A DNA stretch of 63,065 nt, counting the filler, from Polymyxa betae A26-41 (Eukaryota; Protista; Endomyxa: Phytomyxea): the NCBI GenBank assembly GCA_003693705.1. It is 8 parts of 8 records of this genome, joined end to end, with 100 filler letters (N's around TTAATTAATTAA, not from the genome) between each part and the next. Parts side by side here need not be neighbours in the genome. Positions count along the whole stretch, not along the records: positions 1 to 19,258 come from RBZT01000401.1; 7 more parts are not named here. One strand, written 5' to 3'. Below are positions 1 to 12,167 of this stretch, piece by piece. A program made the translations under genes and the position numbers. A model generated the notes under the pieces. The model was given only the letters and a program-made list of their open reading frames with translations. It was not told the origin of the DNA and did not search any database. Position 1 is the first letter of the stretch; every line of letters starts with the position of its first letter.

Positions 1-506
1 CAGACAGAAAAAATATTTTTTTATTTTTTTTTATTTTTTTTTATTTTCAATCCCAAAATCCCAGATTATTTTTCGGCATTTTCGGCAGTCAGAGGAGATT
101 ACAAGTGTTTTTGCGGAATTTCCGCAGAAAACGCAGAAATACTTACTTGGAGCAACTTTTTCTGCGTCTTGTTTTTCCAAAGTAAACATGCATGACATGA
201 CGTTGTTGACGTTTTTGACGTTGTTGACGTCGTCCATTTTCCGCATTTATGAGTAAGTTCTAATCTATTTATACAGAATTCAATTTTAATTATAATGGTA
301 GTTTTGAAAAGAGGTTGATGGGTTCTTAACACCGTACCCTTATCTCCAAACCTTGCCTAAACCTCGCACCCACGCACCCAATCCTCTAAACCTTGCCTAA
401 ACCTTGCCATCATACTGGGGTTCTGGAAAACCTTGCCAGAACCCCAGTGTTGCTTGTATCTACTGACAGGATTCAGCTGATTATTGCCAGATCCGCCCTT
501 CATACA

Positions 507-925
507 TCAATACGGGCTCTGAAACCACAAGCGTTTGCAAGAGCGAGAACAAGTTGTCGTACTGGAAGCGCGATTGGTCCGGCGGAAGTTCGCCAATTTT
601 AACATTTTTGAGACAGCAACAGATTCCGTCCCAATAACGGGATTGTTAAGGCGTTCGAACCAGCGGTCACCAACATCTTCGACAAAGTTTCGCTCGCAAT
701 TTTGCAGCAGATGACTACTGCATTCAAAGGCTTCTGTTTTTCGTAGAGAAATGAACGTAACAATTTCGGATTCGTGAAAGATTCGATTTCTGATTTCAAT
801 CCCATCGTGGCTTTGACGAACAGAGGCGACGATTTCTGAATGAATGATTTGGTTGGCATCAACGACGCCTGACAAACCTTGTCGATGTTACAGTGGCTTT
901 GCCGATTCTTCTCAACGATACGTTA
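507..925 (-). pseudogene. Degenerate paralog of the DKNRQ-repeat coiled-coil protein at 19417-20164
   Basis: Minus strand gives IVEKNRQSH then, in another frame, QGLSGVVDANQIIHSEIV, matching IIDKNRQ, QGFSGVLDANH and QIHSDIV in the other ORF. Confidence 0.5.
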
Positions 926-1032
926 CATCCAGCGTTCCTGGTAACGTAACACTGCCAATACAAGATCGAGTCGGTAGTTAGAATAGCCAGATTGTATCGT
1001 TACATAATAGGGGCAAAGCCCCCGAACACGAT

Positions 1033-1746
1033 TCATTTCGTTTTCTCATAGTGTCGCATGAGCTTGCGGCAGAGATGGGCGTGATCGAAGGCCATGGGGA
1101 TCTTGCGCCCGCGCAGCGTATCGCTGGTGATGATGCGCTCCTCCTTGGTGAATTCATAGGCCAGCGCCTGACGCCCTTCCCCGCCTTCCTTCTGCACCTC
1201 GTTCATGGCGATGAAATTATCCATATCGAGCTCGACCCAGCGCGCATCAACCACATCACTGCCGGGCACGTAATCGGCCTTCACGAAATCAAAGATCACG
1301 AACGCCCCGTACAGCAACGTCGTCGTATAGCCGCGCGGATCGCGATCCGGCGACCCCTTCACATAAATCTTCTTAAACTTGGCCAGATCCAGCTCGATAT
1401 CGGTCTCTTCCTTCAGCTCACGAGCGGCCGCCTTCTTCGTCGGCTCGCGATCCTTAATGTCGACGAAGCCGCCGGGCAGGGCCCAGCACCCCTTGTACGG
1501 GTCGCCGCCGCGCTTCACCAAAATCGCGAACAGCGATCCGTGGATCTTCGTCACGACGCCGATATCGACGGTCAACGTCGACAGGGCGTACTCGTACGCG
1601 TACCCGAGCTGGCGGCCTTTGGACAGTCCGTCGCCACCAACGCTGTACAGGACCTTGCCGGTATCATAACGCTCGCCGACGTAGACGGGCGTGGCGCCCG
1701 TGAAATCGTTCGTCAGGATGTTGCCGGTCGCCGTCGATTTCGCCAT
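1033..1746 (-). CDS. Nudix hydrolase, ADP-ribose pyrophosphatase/NrtR-like; intronless, GC-rich (ORF can extend to 1845)
   Basis: Nudix box WALPGGFVDIKDREPTKKAAARELKEETDI; also YAYEY..LTVD, LVKRGGDPYKG, RDPRG and C-terminal MAFDH motifs typical of bacterial NrtR-type Nudix domains. Confidence 0.9.
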   Translation of the reverse strand: MAKSTATGNILTNDFTGATPVYVGERYDTGKVLYSVGGDGLSKGRQLGYAYEYALSTLTVDIGVVTKIHGSLFAILVKRGGDPYKGCWALPGGFVDIKDREPTKKAAARELKEETDIELDLAKFKKIYVKGSPDRDPRGYTTTLLYGAFVIFDFVKADYVPGSDVVDARWVELDMDNFIAMNEVQKEGGEGRQALAYEFTKEERIITSDTLRGRKIPMAFDHAHLCRKLMRHYEKTK

Positions 1747-1873
1747 CAGTCGTCGTCGTACTGGGCGCCACAAGTTCGCGAAGCGATGAATATTGTGGCG
1801 ATCGGCCTCGGACGTCTCCGCCCCACGAGGATTCATGCGAATCATCGCCGGTCATTTGCTGAATTAACGCATA

Positions 1874-2488
1874 ATGATGAAGCATCTGGCAGCGGCGCTC
1901 GGGAAGCGATCCAGCAGCAGCACGTGCGATGGGACCAGTACGCCGCCGCCGCCCGCCAAGGCCGCGAAGATCGACCCGCCGGAGCCGACACTGGGCGATC
2001 TGAAGAAGAAGATGGCGCGAATCGGGCGCGACACGAACAACGCCAGCGCGTATCTGCGCGAGGTTGGCGCCGAGACACGGCGCGATATCGCCGCCCTCGC
2101 TGACGATCTAGGCGAGATCCGCCAGGGCGTTCGCGACCTGCAGAAATACGATGCGGAAAAGCAGGCGCAGCTGGACGCGACCCAGGTGCATGACGACCTG
2201 CAGTGTCAGATGGAGGACGTACTCGACGCTGTCAAGCAGCTGCAAGACAGCGTCGAGGAGCGCGCCGACGCCACCGTTGAGATCGCAACCGTCACCCAGC
2301 AGCTGCTGAAAGACCAGCTCGAGCTGCGACGCGATGTCTGCAGCCTAAAGGAGGCCGTCCTGAATCTAGGTCTGGCCTGGCAGCAGCAGCATCCGTGGCA
2401 GCCGGTGAAAGACGCCGAGTTGGCGAAGCCTCCCGCCGCCGCAGTCGCCGCTCCCGTCTGCACCTGCTCGCCATCGAACCCGGTTTGA
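1874..2488 (+). CDS. Intronless hypothetical coiled-coil protein (204 aa), divergent from the Nudix gene
   Basis: Clean ORF with GC-rich codons; heptad-like L/V/Q/D/E central region; Pro/Lys-rich N-terminus. Confidence 0.65.
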   Translation: MMKHLAAALGKRSSSSTCDGTSTPPPPAKAAKIDPPEPTLGDLKKKMARIGRDTNNASAYLREVGAETRRDIAALADDLGEIRQGVRDLQKYDAEKQAQLDATQVHDDLQCQMEDVLDAVKQLQDSVEERADATVEIATVTQQLLKDQLELRRDVCSLKEAVLNLGLAWQQQHPWQPVKDAELAKPPAAAVAAPVCTCSPSNPV

Positions 2489-2559
2489 TTCCGATTGTCC
2501 CGGATAAGTCATACATAAATGGATTGATAAGAACCTGATGGATCGTTTAGAAATGATAA

Positions 2560-3793
2560 TTAGTAGTGAGACGGGAACGAATTCTGGCCAGCGCCGGACG
2601 GTACCCGGATCTGTTCATAGCGATCTCCGCCAACAGCCCCGAAGTCGTCCAGACCCAGAGGCTTGTTCAGGAACTCGGCCGACCCGACTAGGTCGTTTAC
2701 AGCGCGTCCACCGTACAGCTGGCGACTCGGCATCGATTGAGCTACACCTTGGGCTTTGATGGAATCATCATAGGGCGAGGTCGTGATCGTCACGACCTGA
2801 CGTCCAGCTTGTGTTGATGTGCGAATGGTGCGGGTCTGGGGCCCAGCGACGGTCATGATCTCACCGGTTCCGAATCGCGATTGCGCATCCGGTGCAACCA
2901 ACGAGGTCGCGCGCGCCGGTGATACCCTCTTAACCGAGATCAGGTCGTTCATCGCGCCGCATTCACGATAGGCCGGCACGGTAATCGACAGCTATCATCA
3001 TAAACATCAATACAAAGACAGCGCGCCATTAGCCAAAGCGAACCTGCTCGCCTAATGCTGTAACGATATCGACGGTAAACGGGAACACGGAACTGGCGCC
3101 TTCCAGGACCAAGAACGGGCCGTCGTTTTTCAGCGGCGATCGAGAGACCGTGGCACTGATGATCGGCGCCGACAGCCCGCGTACCTGGAAGCGAGCGCGA
3201 TTCGAGCGAGTCTCATCAAAGAACAGGAACGGGCCTGCGGCAGATTCGGTGGTGTTCGGGCAAGGAATCGCCCGCCAGACGACGGTGTTCGAGCCGGATC
3301 CTGGAATGCCGATCTGCAGGCCAGCCGTTTGCGTGCAATCATCACAGACCTGCACAAAGAAGCAGTATGGTCAGCGACCGAGCCGTCGATGGCATACAGG
3401 ACTCACTTCATAGACGTAGCCGTAATACTCGCCGACGACGCCGACGTTATCGGCCGGATTCGCACTGGTTGGCGCCGGGCCTTTGATGGCCACACACATG
3501 CCGCAGATCGAAGCTGAGCTCTTCAGGCCCATCGTAGCGCCGTTCATAGCCTTGGAGATGGTCAGCAAGTGAGGCGATCGAACGAACCATGGACCAGTAC
3601 GTACCACAGCAACAAATCCATCGGGAATGCCACCGCCTCGAGCACAGCCGGGGCCGAATTGTCGACCTGCATAAAAGGAGGCGGTTGTGGAGACATCGAA
3701 GTCGTAGAACGTGGAAAGCGGCGAGAACGGCGCCTCCGAAGAGGCGGCGCCGATAATGACGGCGGCGGCCACGAGCGTGATTAATTTGAACAT
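2560..3793 (-). CDS. Secreted expansin-like protein (DPBB + CBM63-like domain) with C-terminal extension; multi-exon
   Basis: Signal peptide MFKLITLVAAAVIIGAASS; GPGCA, AMNG, ICGMCVAIKG, VCDDC, VVWRAIPCP, FQVRG, FPFTVDIVTALGEQ; short GT-AG intron CAG|GTTCGC...GATAG|CTG joins the 3029-3355 ORF to the 2560-2979 ORF. Confidence 0.75.
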
Positions 3794-3948
3794 GATTAAA
3801 TTAGACGCCTGAGCGGTCTGATATCGAGATCTAGCGATTAAATGAGATGTGATGTGGTCGTTGACGTCACCGACCTGGGACAAGGTTGAGTCACGCGAAT
3901 GAGACCCAATCTAAGTGGTGACAACGGTCCCTGGCCGGCGCTGACCCC

Positions 3949-4357
3949 TCTAGATGAGCGCCCATGCCCTTCCAAAAGGCTGCCAAGAACCCAATGTCTT
4001 GCCTACAACGGCTTGTCTTGCGACTCGCACAGAATCTCTCAGGTCCAACTCATGCCGTTCCGATGCCTCTGAACGTCGAGCCAGAGACGACGGTGACGGC
4101 AACCTTCGACGAATGTTTCTATTAGCAAATGGTCTGAAAGAAGGTCTCTCTAGTCAATGAAGGGAGGCCTCAGCCTCATGATCCCCAAGGGCCACGCCAC
4201 AGAGTTTGGAGGCCGATCCCCAGCGCCTTCTGTGGCTCTGTCGCCCTTATAACGATGGGGTCGATCTGGATCAATTAGGACGCCCCAAAGCCCCAAATGG
4301 TCACGCCACAGAGCCTAGAGGCCGATCCCCAAAGCCCTCTGTCGTCTATCTAGATGA
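3949..4357. mobile_element. ~390-bp insertion flanked by 9-bp direct repeat TCTAGATGA
   Basis: TCTAGATGA at 3949-3957 and 4349-4357; internal imperfect ~55-bp direct repeat (CACGCCACAGAG...GAGGCCGATCCCC) near 4190 and 4300. Confidence 0.4.
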
Positions 4358-4508
4358 ATGAAATCAGTTGGGTGAACCACATGAGATCGGTCGGCTAAAC
4401 TATATGCGACTTGGGCTGCACCTGTCTGGGTCACAGTCCATTCTCCTCATCGTCGTCGTCGTCACTTCTGTTCTGATCGGCTCTTGGCACGGCTTCCGGT
4501 CCCGACCC

Positions 4509-5908
4509 ATGCGCGTCTACATCGCCGGCGACCTCGGCGGCACGAACTGCCGCCTCGTCATGGTCCAGGTGGGAGTCGCCGGGGCGGACCTTGTCGCCGC
4601 CGTCATTGAATCATTATCGTTGTATAGATTGATCCCGAAGGAACCGAGTCGATTCTGGCGGAAAAAGTCTATAAATCGCAAGAATACCCTCATTTGAGTG
4701 TTATTATGCAGACCTTTATCGTCGAAGCTCAGAGCAAGGTTTGCATAAAAATCATAAAAGCTTATACTTTTATCGATAATGAATTCATAGGTCCCTCCTT
4801 CTGTCGCCTGCATTGCTGTAGCAGGTCCTGTTACAGAGAATCGAATTGCTCATATCACGAACCTTGTAGAATCTTGATCTTTGGCTTTTTATTGCGTTTT
4901 GCTGAGCTCTTTTCAGAATTGGCAACTTGATGCACCGCAAATGGCACAAGCGCTGCACCTAGATGATGTCTTTTTGCTTAATGACTTTGCAGCAATCGGA
5001 TACGGATTGCTGGGGCTAAAGTCTGAAGATTTTATTAAATTGAATGATGCTGTTGCCGTTCCTCATGCGCCTATTGCCTGTTTGGGTAAGAACAATAATA
5101 TCATCTTTTTCCTTGCTCAAAAGGTGCCAGGCGCCGGTACTGGGCTGGGAGAGGTTTTTCTCACCCACAACGGTGAAGAGTATGAAGTTTGGCCATCCGA
5201 GGGCGGTCATACCGACTTCCCTGCCCGCAGTATGCTTGAATTCGAGCTGATGGTATTTGAAGCTGCTGATTGGCGCTTCGTTGGCTGAAATGTTGCAGGA
5301 ATTTGTTCGTGGCCGATCGAATGTTGATCGTGTCAGCGTTGAACGGATCGTATCTGGATCTGGGCTCCCGAACATCTATAAGTTCTTCAAACAGAAACAT
5401 CCTGAAATCATCAGCCAGTCTGTCGAAGACGAACTACGTAAAGGAGCCGATCCTGGAGAGGTAAAAATCGACCTCTGCGTTAGCATGCTGTTTAAGTTGT
5501 GGTCAGGTTATCACACGACACGCTTTGGATTCGTCCGATGTTCTCTGTCATCAAGCATTTGAGACTTGGCTTGCTGCATATGGTGCAGAGGTAGAGGAAT
5601 GCATTCAGCTGTTAATCATGGCTTTACGCGTTTGTTAGGCTGGAAATCTAGCTTTGAAGACTCTTTCATTTGGTGGTGTTTTTATTGCCGGTGGAATTGC
5701 TCCGAAGATTTTGAAGGCATTCATGAACGACAACACGTTTTACTTCAACATGTGCCACAAAGGACGCATGAAAGAGGTCATTCATAAGATGCCGGTTTAC
5801 ATCGTGAAAAGGACCGATGTCGGTATGATCGGAGCACGAGTTGTGAGCCACAGACGCTTTCGAGCGTTGGAAGGCGCAAATCATCAGTTGGGGAAGATCG
5901 CAGTGTAA
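4509..5908 (+). CDS. glk: Glucokinase, bacterial Glk (PF02685) type; multi-exon
   Basis: IAGDLGGTNCR, IAVAGPV, LLNDFAAIGYG, GAGTGLG, PSEGGHTDF, VSVERIVSGSGL, GGVFIAGGIAPKI, KGRM; exons joined by ~50-nt GT-AG introns. Confidence 0.92.
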
Positions 5909-6006
5909 TGGATTCCAGGGACTTTAGCCATTACACATCACTTGCGAGATGAATAAATCAAACGATTTGATAAATTTTGATCAAAACATTATGCTTTTAT
6001 CGTGTC

Positions 6007-6095
6007 TCCAGATGTGATGTTCCTTGGGCCCTGTGCTATGGATACAGCACCGCCCGTTGTTATTAACAAACTAGTCCAATCCAATCCAGATGTGA
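6007..6095 (+). mobile_element. 5'-truncated SINE/LINE 3' end with (CCAAT) tail and 11-bp TSD
   Basis: TCCAGATGTGA at 6007-6017 and 6085-6095; the insert aligns by eye with the 3' end of the SINE at 31219-31474. Confidence 0.7.
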
Positions 6096-6482
6096 CGGTC
6101 TATTTAGTTGGAATTGCAATCTTCAAACGCATGCTTCATCTTTAGCTTTGAATAGTGGGAAAGGATGGGAAACTGAAGTCCGGCCCGCCATTACCAAGTG
6201 CTAAAAGGAAGTGCAAAAAGGATGCGGCGTGGCCAGGGCCAGAGTGCGATATCGATCGGCACTTGTCGGGACGTGACTGTGAATAGCGTATGACTATAGC
6301 GTCCTAATCCGAACGTGACCAATTACGGCAGCACTTTTCGGAGGCCTTTTGATCTGCCAGACGCTGACGCGGTGTACTCGTGATCGTTCTGGAATCCGAT
6401 CTGGGCCTGGTGCTTGAAGTCATCGCCATCACCCCCGAAATCCTGAGTTGCTTTCATCTCCGGCCGCATTACAACCGCGCTG

Positions 6483-8035
6483 ATGCGGTACCTTGATAGC
6501 CCCGACAATGCCTTTCTAACCGCTGAGTATGCGGGCACCAATATGACCGTCGCCGGTAATACCGCCCCCCCCCGCCCAACGCTCAAATGACTTCATCGCA
6601 GGTTTGATCGAGGTCAACGGCTGCATCCATCAGAAAGTGCTCGAGAAAGAGCTCGAACGCTGGTCTGCTGAGAACGACCGTTTGCGCCAACGTCTGGTGC
6701 CGGGCCGGGGACGATTCGCGCGCCCGTACTGGCTCCCAGTCGGCGACGATTTCGACGTCCGCAACCATCTGACCGTCTGTCCGATACCGGGCTCGTTATC
6801 GGCCATGTACGACGACATCGGGCGTTTGATGGAGGTGCCGCTCAGCTATGACTTCCCGCTCTGGCACGTCACCGCATACCAGAGCAAGTACGACGGGCCG
6901 TCGTCGTCGTCGTTCCTGCTGTTCCGCGTCAGCGTAAGAGGGCGACAAACATACGCCGCCCGCTATGCGCTGACTCGCGGCCGTGCAGCATATCGTCTCC
7001 GATGGGCAAGGGCTGGCCAGGACGCTGGCGGCGTTGGTGACGGACCGGACGCCGAGCTGTCCGAATACGTCACACAAGGCCGGGCGCCAGTTCCATCGTC
7101 GCCATGTTAAAGGCTGGCCATGGCGGCTTCTCGCGTATCTGATGATGTTCGCGATCATGATCTACAACTTCGTCAATATGCTGTTCCATTCGCGGCGTTC
7201 GCTTCGAGCACCAAAACGCGCCGTCCGCCATCAGGTCGGCGACAGATCTTGTGAACGCTCACATCTGACGTCCACAGGTCGGGTTCAGTTCGGGCGTGAA
7301 GGTGTCGGAAGTAAAGGAGCTTCGTCATCTTAGCGCGACTTCGTTTAACGATGTCTTGGTGGCGTGCGCGGCGACCGCCATCGAACGTCACTTGATCGAA
7401 TGCGGCAAACTCAACAACAGTCGCTTGATGTTCATGATCCCGACAAGCTTGCGCGCCGATCACGATAGCTCGTTGAGCAACCAGGTCGTACTATACCCGA
7501 TGCTTTTTGCGCTCACGATTGACACCGATTGCAGTCGTCGGCGTTTACGTTGTCGGTCCCGATCGGGGTTCATCCGACAAAGCGTCTGGCGGCGGTTAGT
7601 CGACGGATGCGCCGGCAGAAGGCGACGATTGAACCCGAGATCGTCTATGCGCTGGCGAAGCGGATGTTTCGCTGGCCTTTCCTGTGGGCGCCGGGCGCCT
7701 TCCTCACCGAATACTGCAATGACGTGATCGTGACGAATGTTCCCGGCCCGGCGTCGTCGGCGTTGTATCTGGGCGATATGAAGATTGTTGCCATGACGCC
7801 GGTCGTCTGCTTGTCGCATCATCATACGATCGGGATCGGGTTGCTGTCGCTCGGTGACGAGGTTCGGATCTCGGTCCACATGAAGCTCGATGAACACGGC
7901 GACGATCACGCAGTCTATCGACAGAATAGCGCCAATCACATCGCCGATTTGGTCGTGAGATCATTCGAAGAGCTGCGCGATCAAATTCGTTCGGAATGTG
8001 GCGCAACCGATTTTTCCAAGGCGAAGGAACTGTAA
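6483..8035 (+). CDS. Wax ester synthase/diacylglycerol acyltransferase (WS/DGAT) family; multi-exon
   Basis: N-terminal LDSPDNAFL, FDVRNHL, PLSYDFPLWHV, spliced active-site motif VS|HIVSDG, TSFNDVLVA, IPTSLR, IVTNVPGP. Confidence 0.88.
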
Positions 8036-8193
8036 CAAGCGAAACGACATTCTCTGTGAAAATTGTTTAAAAATGTGAAAACATAAATATTTACAACCCT
8101 GCTGATTTTGGAATAAAACCCATCTCGAAAGAGACAATCAAAACGTTACCAACACACCTGAAATGAAGCGATTTTGATGCTTTAGAATAAATG

Positions 8194-11100
8194 TTATTTC
8201 GCTTTGCATGTCCTGACTATGAGATTGCAAAACGGAATCTTTTGCAGGGTTGCACTGAGCAAAGGAACGTTCCTGTATCCGAGGCGAATGCAGCCGAATG
8301 GCACAGCGGCCTGAGCGATGACTTTATCTTGATACTTCTTCTTGTCGAAGATCTACGAAGGCGTTAATCCAGGTAACTGGAAACCGATTGAAATCTCATC
8401 AACCTGAAAGCAGATCATAGCACAGTGTGGACCATTAACACCAATGTCGAAAGTCTGATTCCATGTAGGATTGAAGCCATTTCTCAACACAACTCCAGTT
8501 TTGAACTCTTTGTAATCGGCAGTTAACCCTCGAATACATATTTTGACGTAGGGATCGATAATCTCAAACCCAGAAGGTAAGTTGTAGATTCTGAAATCGT
8601 CAACACGCTTACATCGTTCTGAGCGTTACCGGCTGGTTTCGGTAAATGGAATGCACCGATAATTGTCAAGGTGATGTGCGTAAACACGAAATTCGAGCCC
8701 GACGACATGCTGATTGTCTGTTCATAATCGTCTTCATGGTCGGATAAGTCGATTGTGCTAAACTGGATGCTATCAATTGGCAGCAGCAGCATGCGGGCAT
8801 AGCAATTTTACTCTTCGAAGTTGTTCGGGTTTTAGAACATAGCCGCAGTTAGCGTTTTCCATAAACCGGCCAATATTCATCAACTTCGGAAGGTCTGCCG
8901 TTTGAAAGTTCAATGCCACCATTTGGCAGCCTAGAGTCTAAGGCAAAATCGGTGATCTCGAAACTGGAATGAATCTCGATACCCAAGCTTGGAAGGGATC
9001 GAAATTGCTGCTATCGACGCGAAATTGGGATGGATACACCCTGCTAAGATTCTGGCTATTGTAGCAGACAAATCGACCAGCTAATCCTTTTTTAACGAGT
9101 TTCGCCACTTTCTTTTCACTGAACGATGTCATCTGGCATGCGCTGGCCCCTGATGTTGCTATGATAAGTTACCTAGGTCATGGATCTCTGACGCTCACCT
9201 CTTAGCTGATCGAAGGAGACGAATTTCTTAGCCTGTAAAAGAACCAAAGAGGCCAATTCAGGAGCAATTCTCCGCTCATTGTATTGAGGACTTGGGAGAG
9301 CTGCTGTATAAGCGATTTAGCAACAAAGAAGGCGTGCCAATCAACTTTTACTTGTTTCAAATTCGGTGAACGATGAAGCAGTTGAAACTGGGGTTGCTGG
9401 AATTGGAGGTGTCTCTTCCTATCATCTCGATGATTGGCATTGGAGACCGATAGCAAACAAAAATGACCAACATTGTCGAAAAAAAACTTCGCTTTAATTA
9501 TTATGCGGTATTTCAGGGACTCGGGTGAAGGCAGAATTCGTGAATAATCTTTTACATACGATCAGATGCGATGCCTCAGCAAAATCTCAAAATACCTTGT
9601 GGATAAGCAATTTTATCTCCAAGTATTGTCTTTAAGTGATGTGCCATTTGTCGCTGAAATGGCAAGCTGCAGTGGTTTTCGAAGCTTAGAGTCACCGGAA
9701 ATGGAGAGGCGTCAAAAGCGTGATCGGAAACGGTCTGTATAACATCACGAAAGAGGACGCGCGAAGTCAACGTGAACCCATGATAAACAACCGGCTCACC
9801 TAGATCTCAGCTCAGAACAGTTACTATCTCGGAATCTAAACAAAAAACGAAACTAAAAAGAATTAAACCATAGACAAGATAAAAATCTAAATCGGAAAGA
9901 AGAAAAACTGAACAGATTTACCATTGGGTCCGTCCCAGCAATCTATTTCCACAGAGCGGCATCCTTCTTGCAAAGCCTTCACATACATTTTGGTGGAGCT
10001 GGCCCCTTTCAACTGGTCACTCTCCAAGTACGTGTTGTGACTGCTATTGATGAAATAGTCAGTCAGAGGACGGGTCATGTCCTGGTAGAGCGCCATTCGT
10101 TGGGGATCGAAAAGGGTGTTATCTTCGTCCATCAAATATAGGATCAACTCGTAGATTCGCAGCCGAGGCGGGTTCCTTCCACCTTCTTTCGTAATGAACT
10201 TTGACATGATCGTCAACCCTTCACTTTCCTCGATATCCATTTGCTATAAGACGGTTTAGAGTCCCGACAACTTACCAAAGCATGCATTACCTGCTCCGTT
10301 CGAAGGAAGAAAATAAACTCCTTCAGATTGACTGTGAGCTTTTCGATCGTTGGATCGGCATACGGGCGAAATATTTCCGAGTATGCTGAAGGACTACTGC
10401 GAACCCTGAGTGAGAGACGCGTCATCGTCCTTCGATATTTAGCGGAGGTTTCATTCAAGATTAATACAGCGCATACGAGAAGTCGATTAGGTCGTGTCGG
10501 TTAACGTTAGCACTTTCAAACAGCGTTTTGCATTCGGCCTTGGAGAAATTGATGTTCATATCGAACAGCAACCGAGAAACGGCATCGGCATCGATGACTC
10601 CACCTTCGCGAACGAAGGCGCGATTCCACGATGATAGCAAAAGCGATCTGCATTCGAACCTATCACATTGCTGATACTGATTGACTGGAAATCCAACCTA
10701 TACGGATCGATTTTTTTAGTATTGGAAACTCGTGTGATCAAGAATCGTAGCGCCCTGGCCCAAACCAAGAACTGACCCGGATTGAATAAGGAGCAATGCA
10801 TATAAATGAAATACCTCTTCCCGCGAACTGCAGACGACGTCGAGCGATTTCTCTCCATCCGGACCGTATATCAGAGAAAACGACCTAGCAAGGAATAAAC
10901 ATTCTGCTTCGAAAAAGCATAGCGTCTGACCGTCGTTTCAGCTCTTTGGTTCGATATTTAGCAAACCGTTGAAACACAAGAGTGTGCTGGCCCACTTGCA
11001 ATCGTTGGACATCGCTGCAATGGCGAGAAAGTTTCAGTGATGCAGCCACTTCAAAGTCACCAAACTACCTAAAGTTGACAATGGTGTCTTCAAGTCTCTT

Positions 11101-11509
11101 CTTATGTGACCACCATTGAAGCATTGATCCAGTTGCATCAACATAAAAGAACCTATCGATACCATTGAGAAGATAGTTAAAGCTCTTAGAAATTTGTAGG
11201 ACCTGAAATGGGGTGAGCCACGATGTCCATATTTGCAAAGTTCGGCTCCTCTTTGAACGGCTTTAACGCATTCGAGTTGGTCAATATTAGCAGTTCCGGC
11301 GATTTCGGCAAGCTGTCACAATTTTGACCACCATTAAAAATAGAAGCTTCACATCAGCATACCGATTGTTGTTTCAGGACATCGTGTGATAAATCTTGTC
11401 GAGCTGTGAATCGTCGAACAATGGAGGGTCTGCCGGGTACAACGGGGAAAGACGGCGTCGGATCGGAAGGCCATTCTGGCCATGAATGACGCCGTCGCCG
11501 ATGGTTCAT
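8194..11509 (-). CDS. Phosphoinositide-specific phospholipase C (PH-EF-X-Y-C2); many exons, start codon uncertain
   Basis: PH region ([20 protein letters not shown]); X box [35 protein letters not shown]; Y box [32 protein letters not shown]; C2 domain ending GYRNVPL. Confidence 0.92.
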
Positions 11510-12167
11510 AAAAGATAGGCCAGGCCGATCCAATCTGCGCCCACCAGCATCAGAACGGCCGAGCTCCGATTGATCGTCGATTGCCGAAGCGAATTGCAAC
11601 TCCGTACAGCGACGAAGGCGATTCGCTCTACGCCTCTACCCAATCGACTTGCAAGGATGATGGCGACCTGGACCTTAGACAGAGCTGAACATTGCTGGAA
11701 GAGATTGGGCAAGTTCTGACTCTGTGACAACTGACTCATAAACTGGGCATGATGAAGGCTCCCGCCTCCCAGACTCAATCACACTGTAAGAGGCCAAGTT
11801 CGTAACATAAACAACTCGGCCATTGTCTCATATGTTTGCTTCATGCTTGCATTCCAATTCTAGTCAACAACTATTGATCTAACCAAGAGCGTAGACGCCT
11901 TTTAAAATGTTATATCATAAGCAACAAGGTGGCGAATCGATATCAAATAAAAAAGAACCATGGATTGTTCTAAGGTCTTGTACTGACTCTAGCATTGCTT
12001 CGCTGCGACTTGCAATCATGGTTGTGAACTTCAGTATGAATGCCTAATAATGAAACCTTTCTACTCGGGTATCATGTTCGCTTATGTTGGATTGCGTTTC
12101 TGATTCACTTGGACATTTATCTAGGCATAACTTAAGAAACGAGCAACTGACGAATGGGCCATGATAA

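Noticed and set aside
1051-2103. 350-aa + strand ORF
   Set aside because: Antisense shadow of the GC-rich Nudix gene, also overlapping the coiled-coil ORF out of frame
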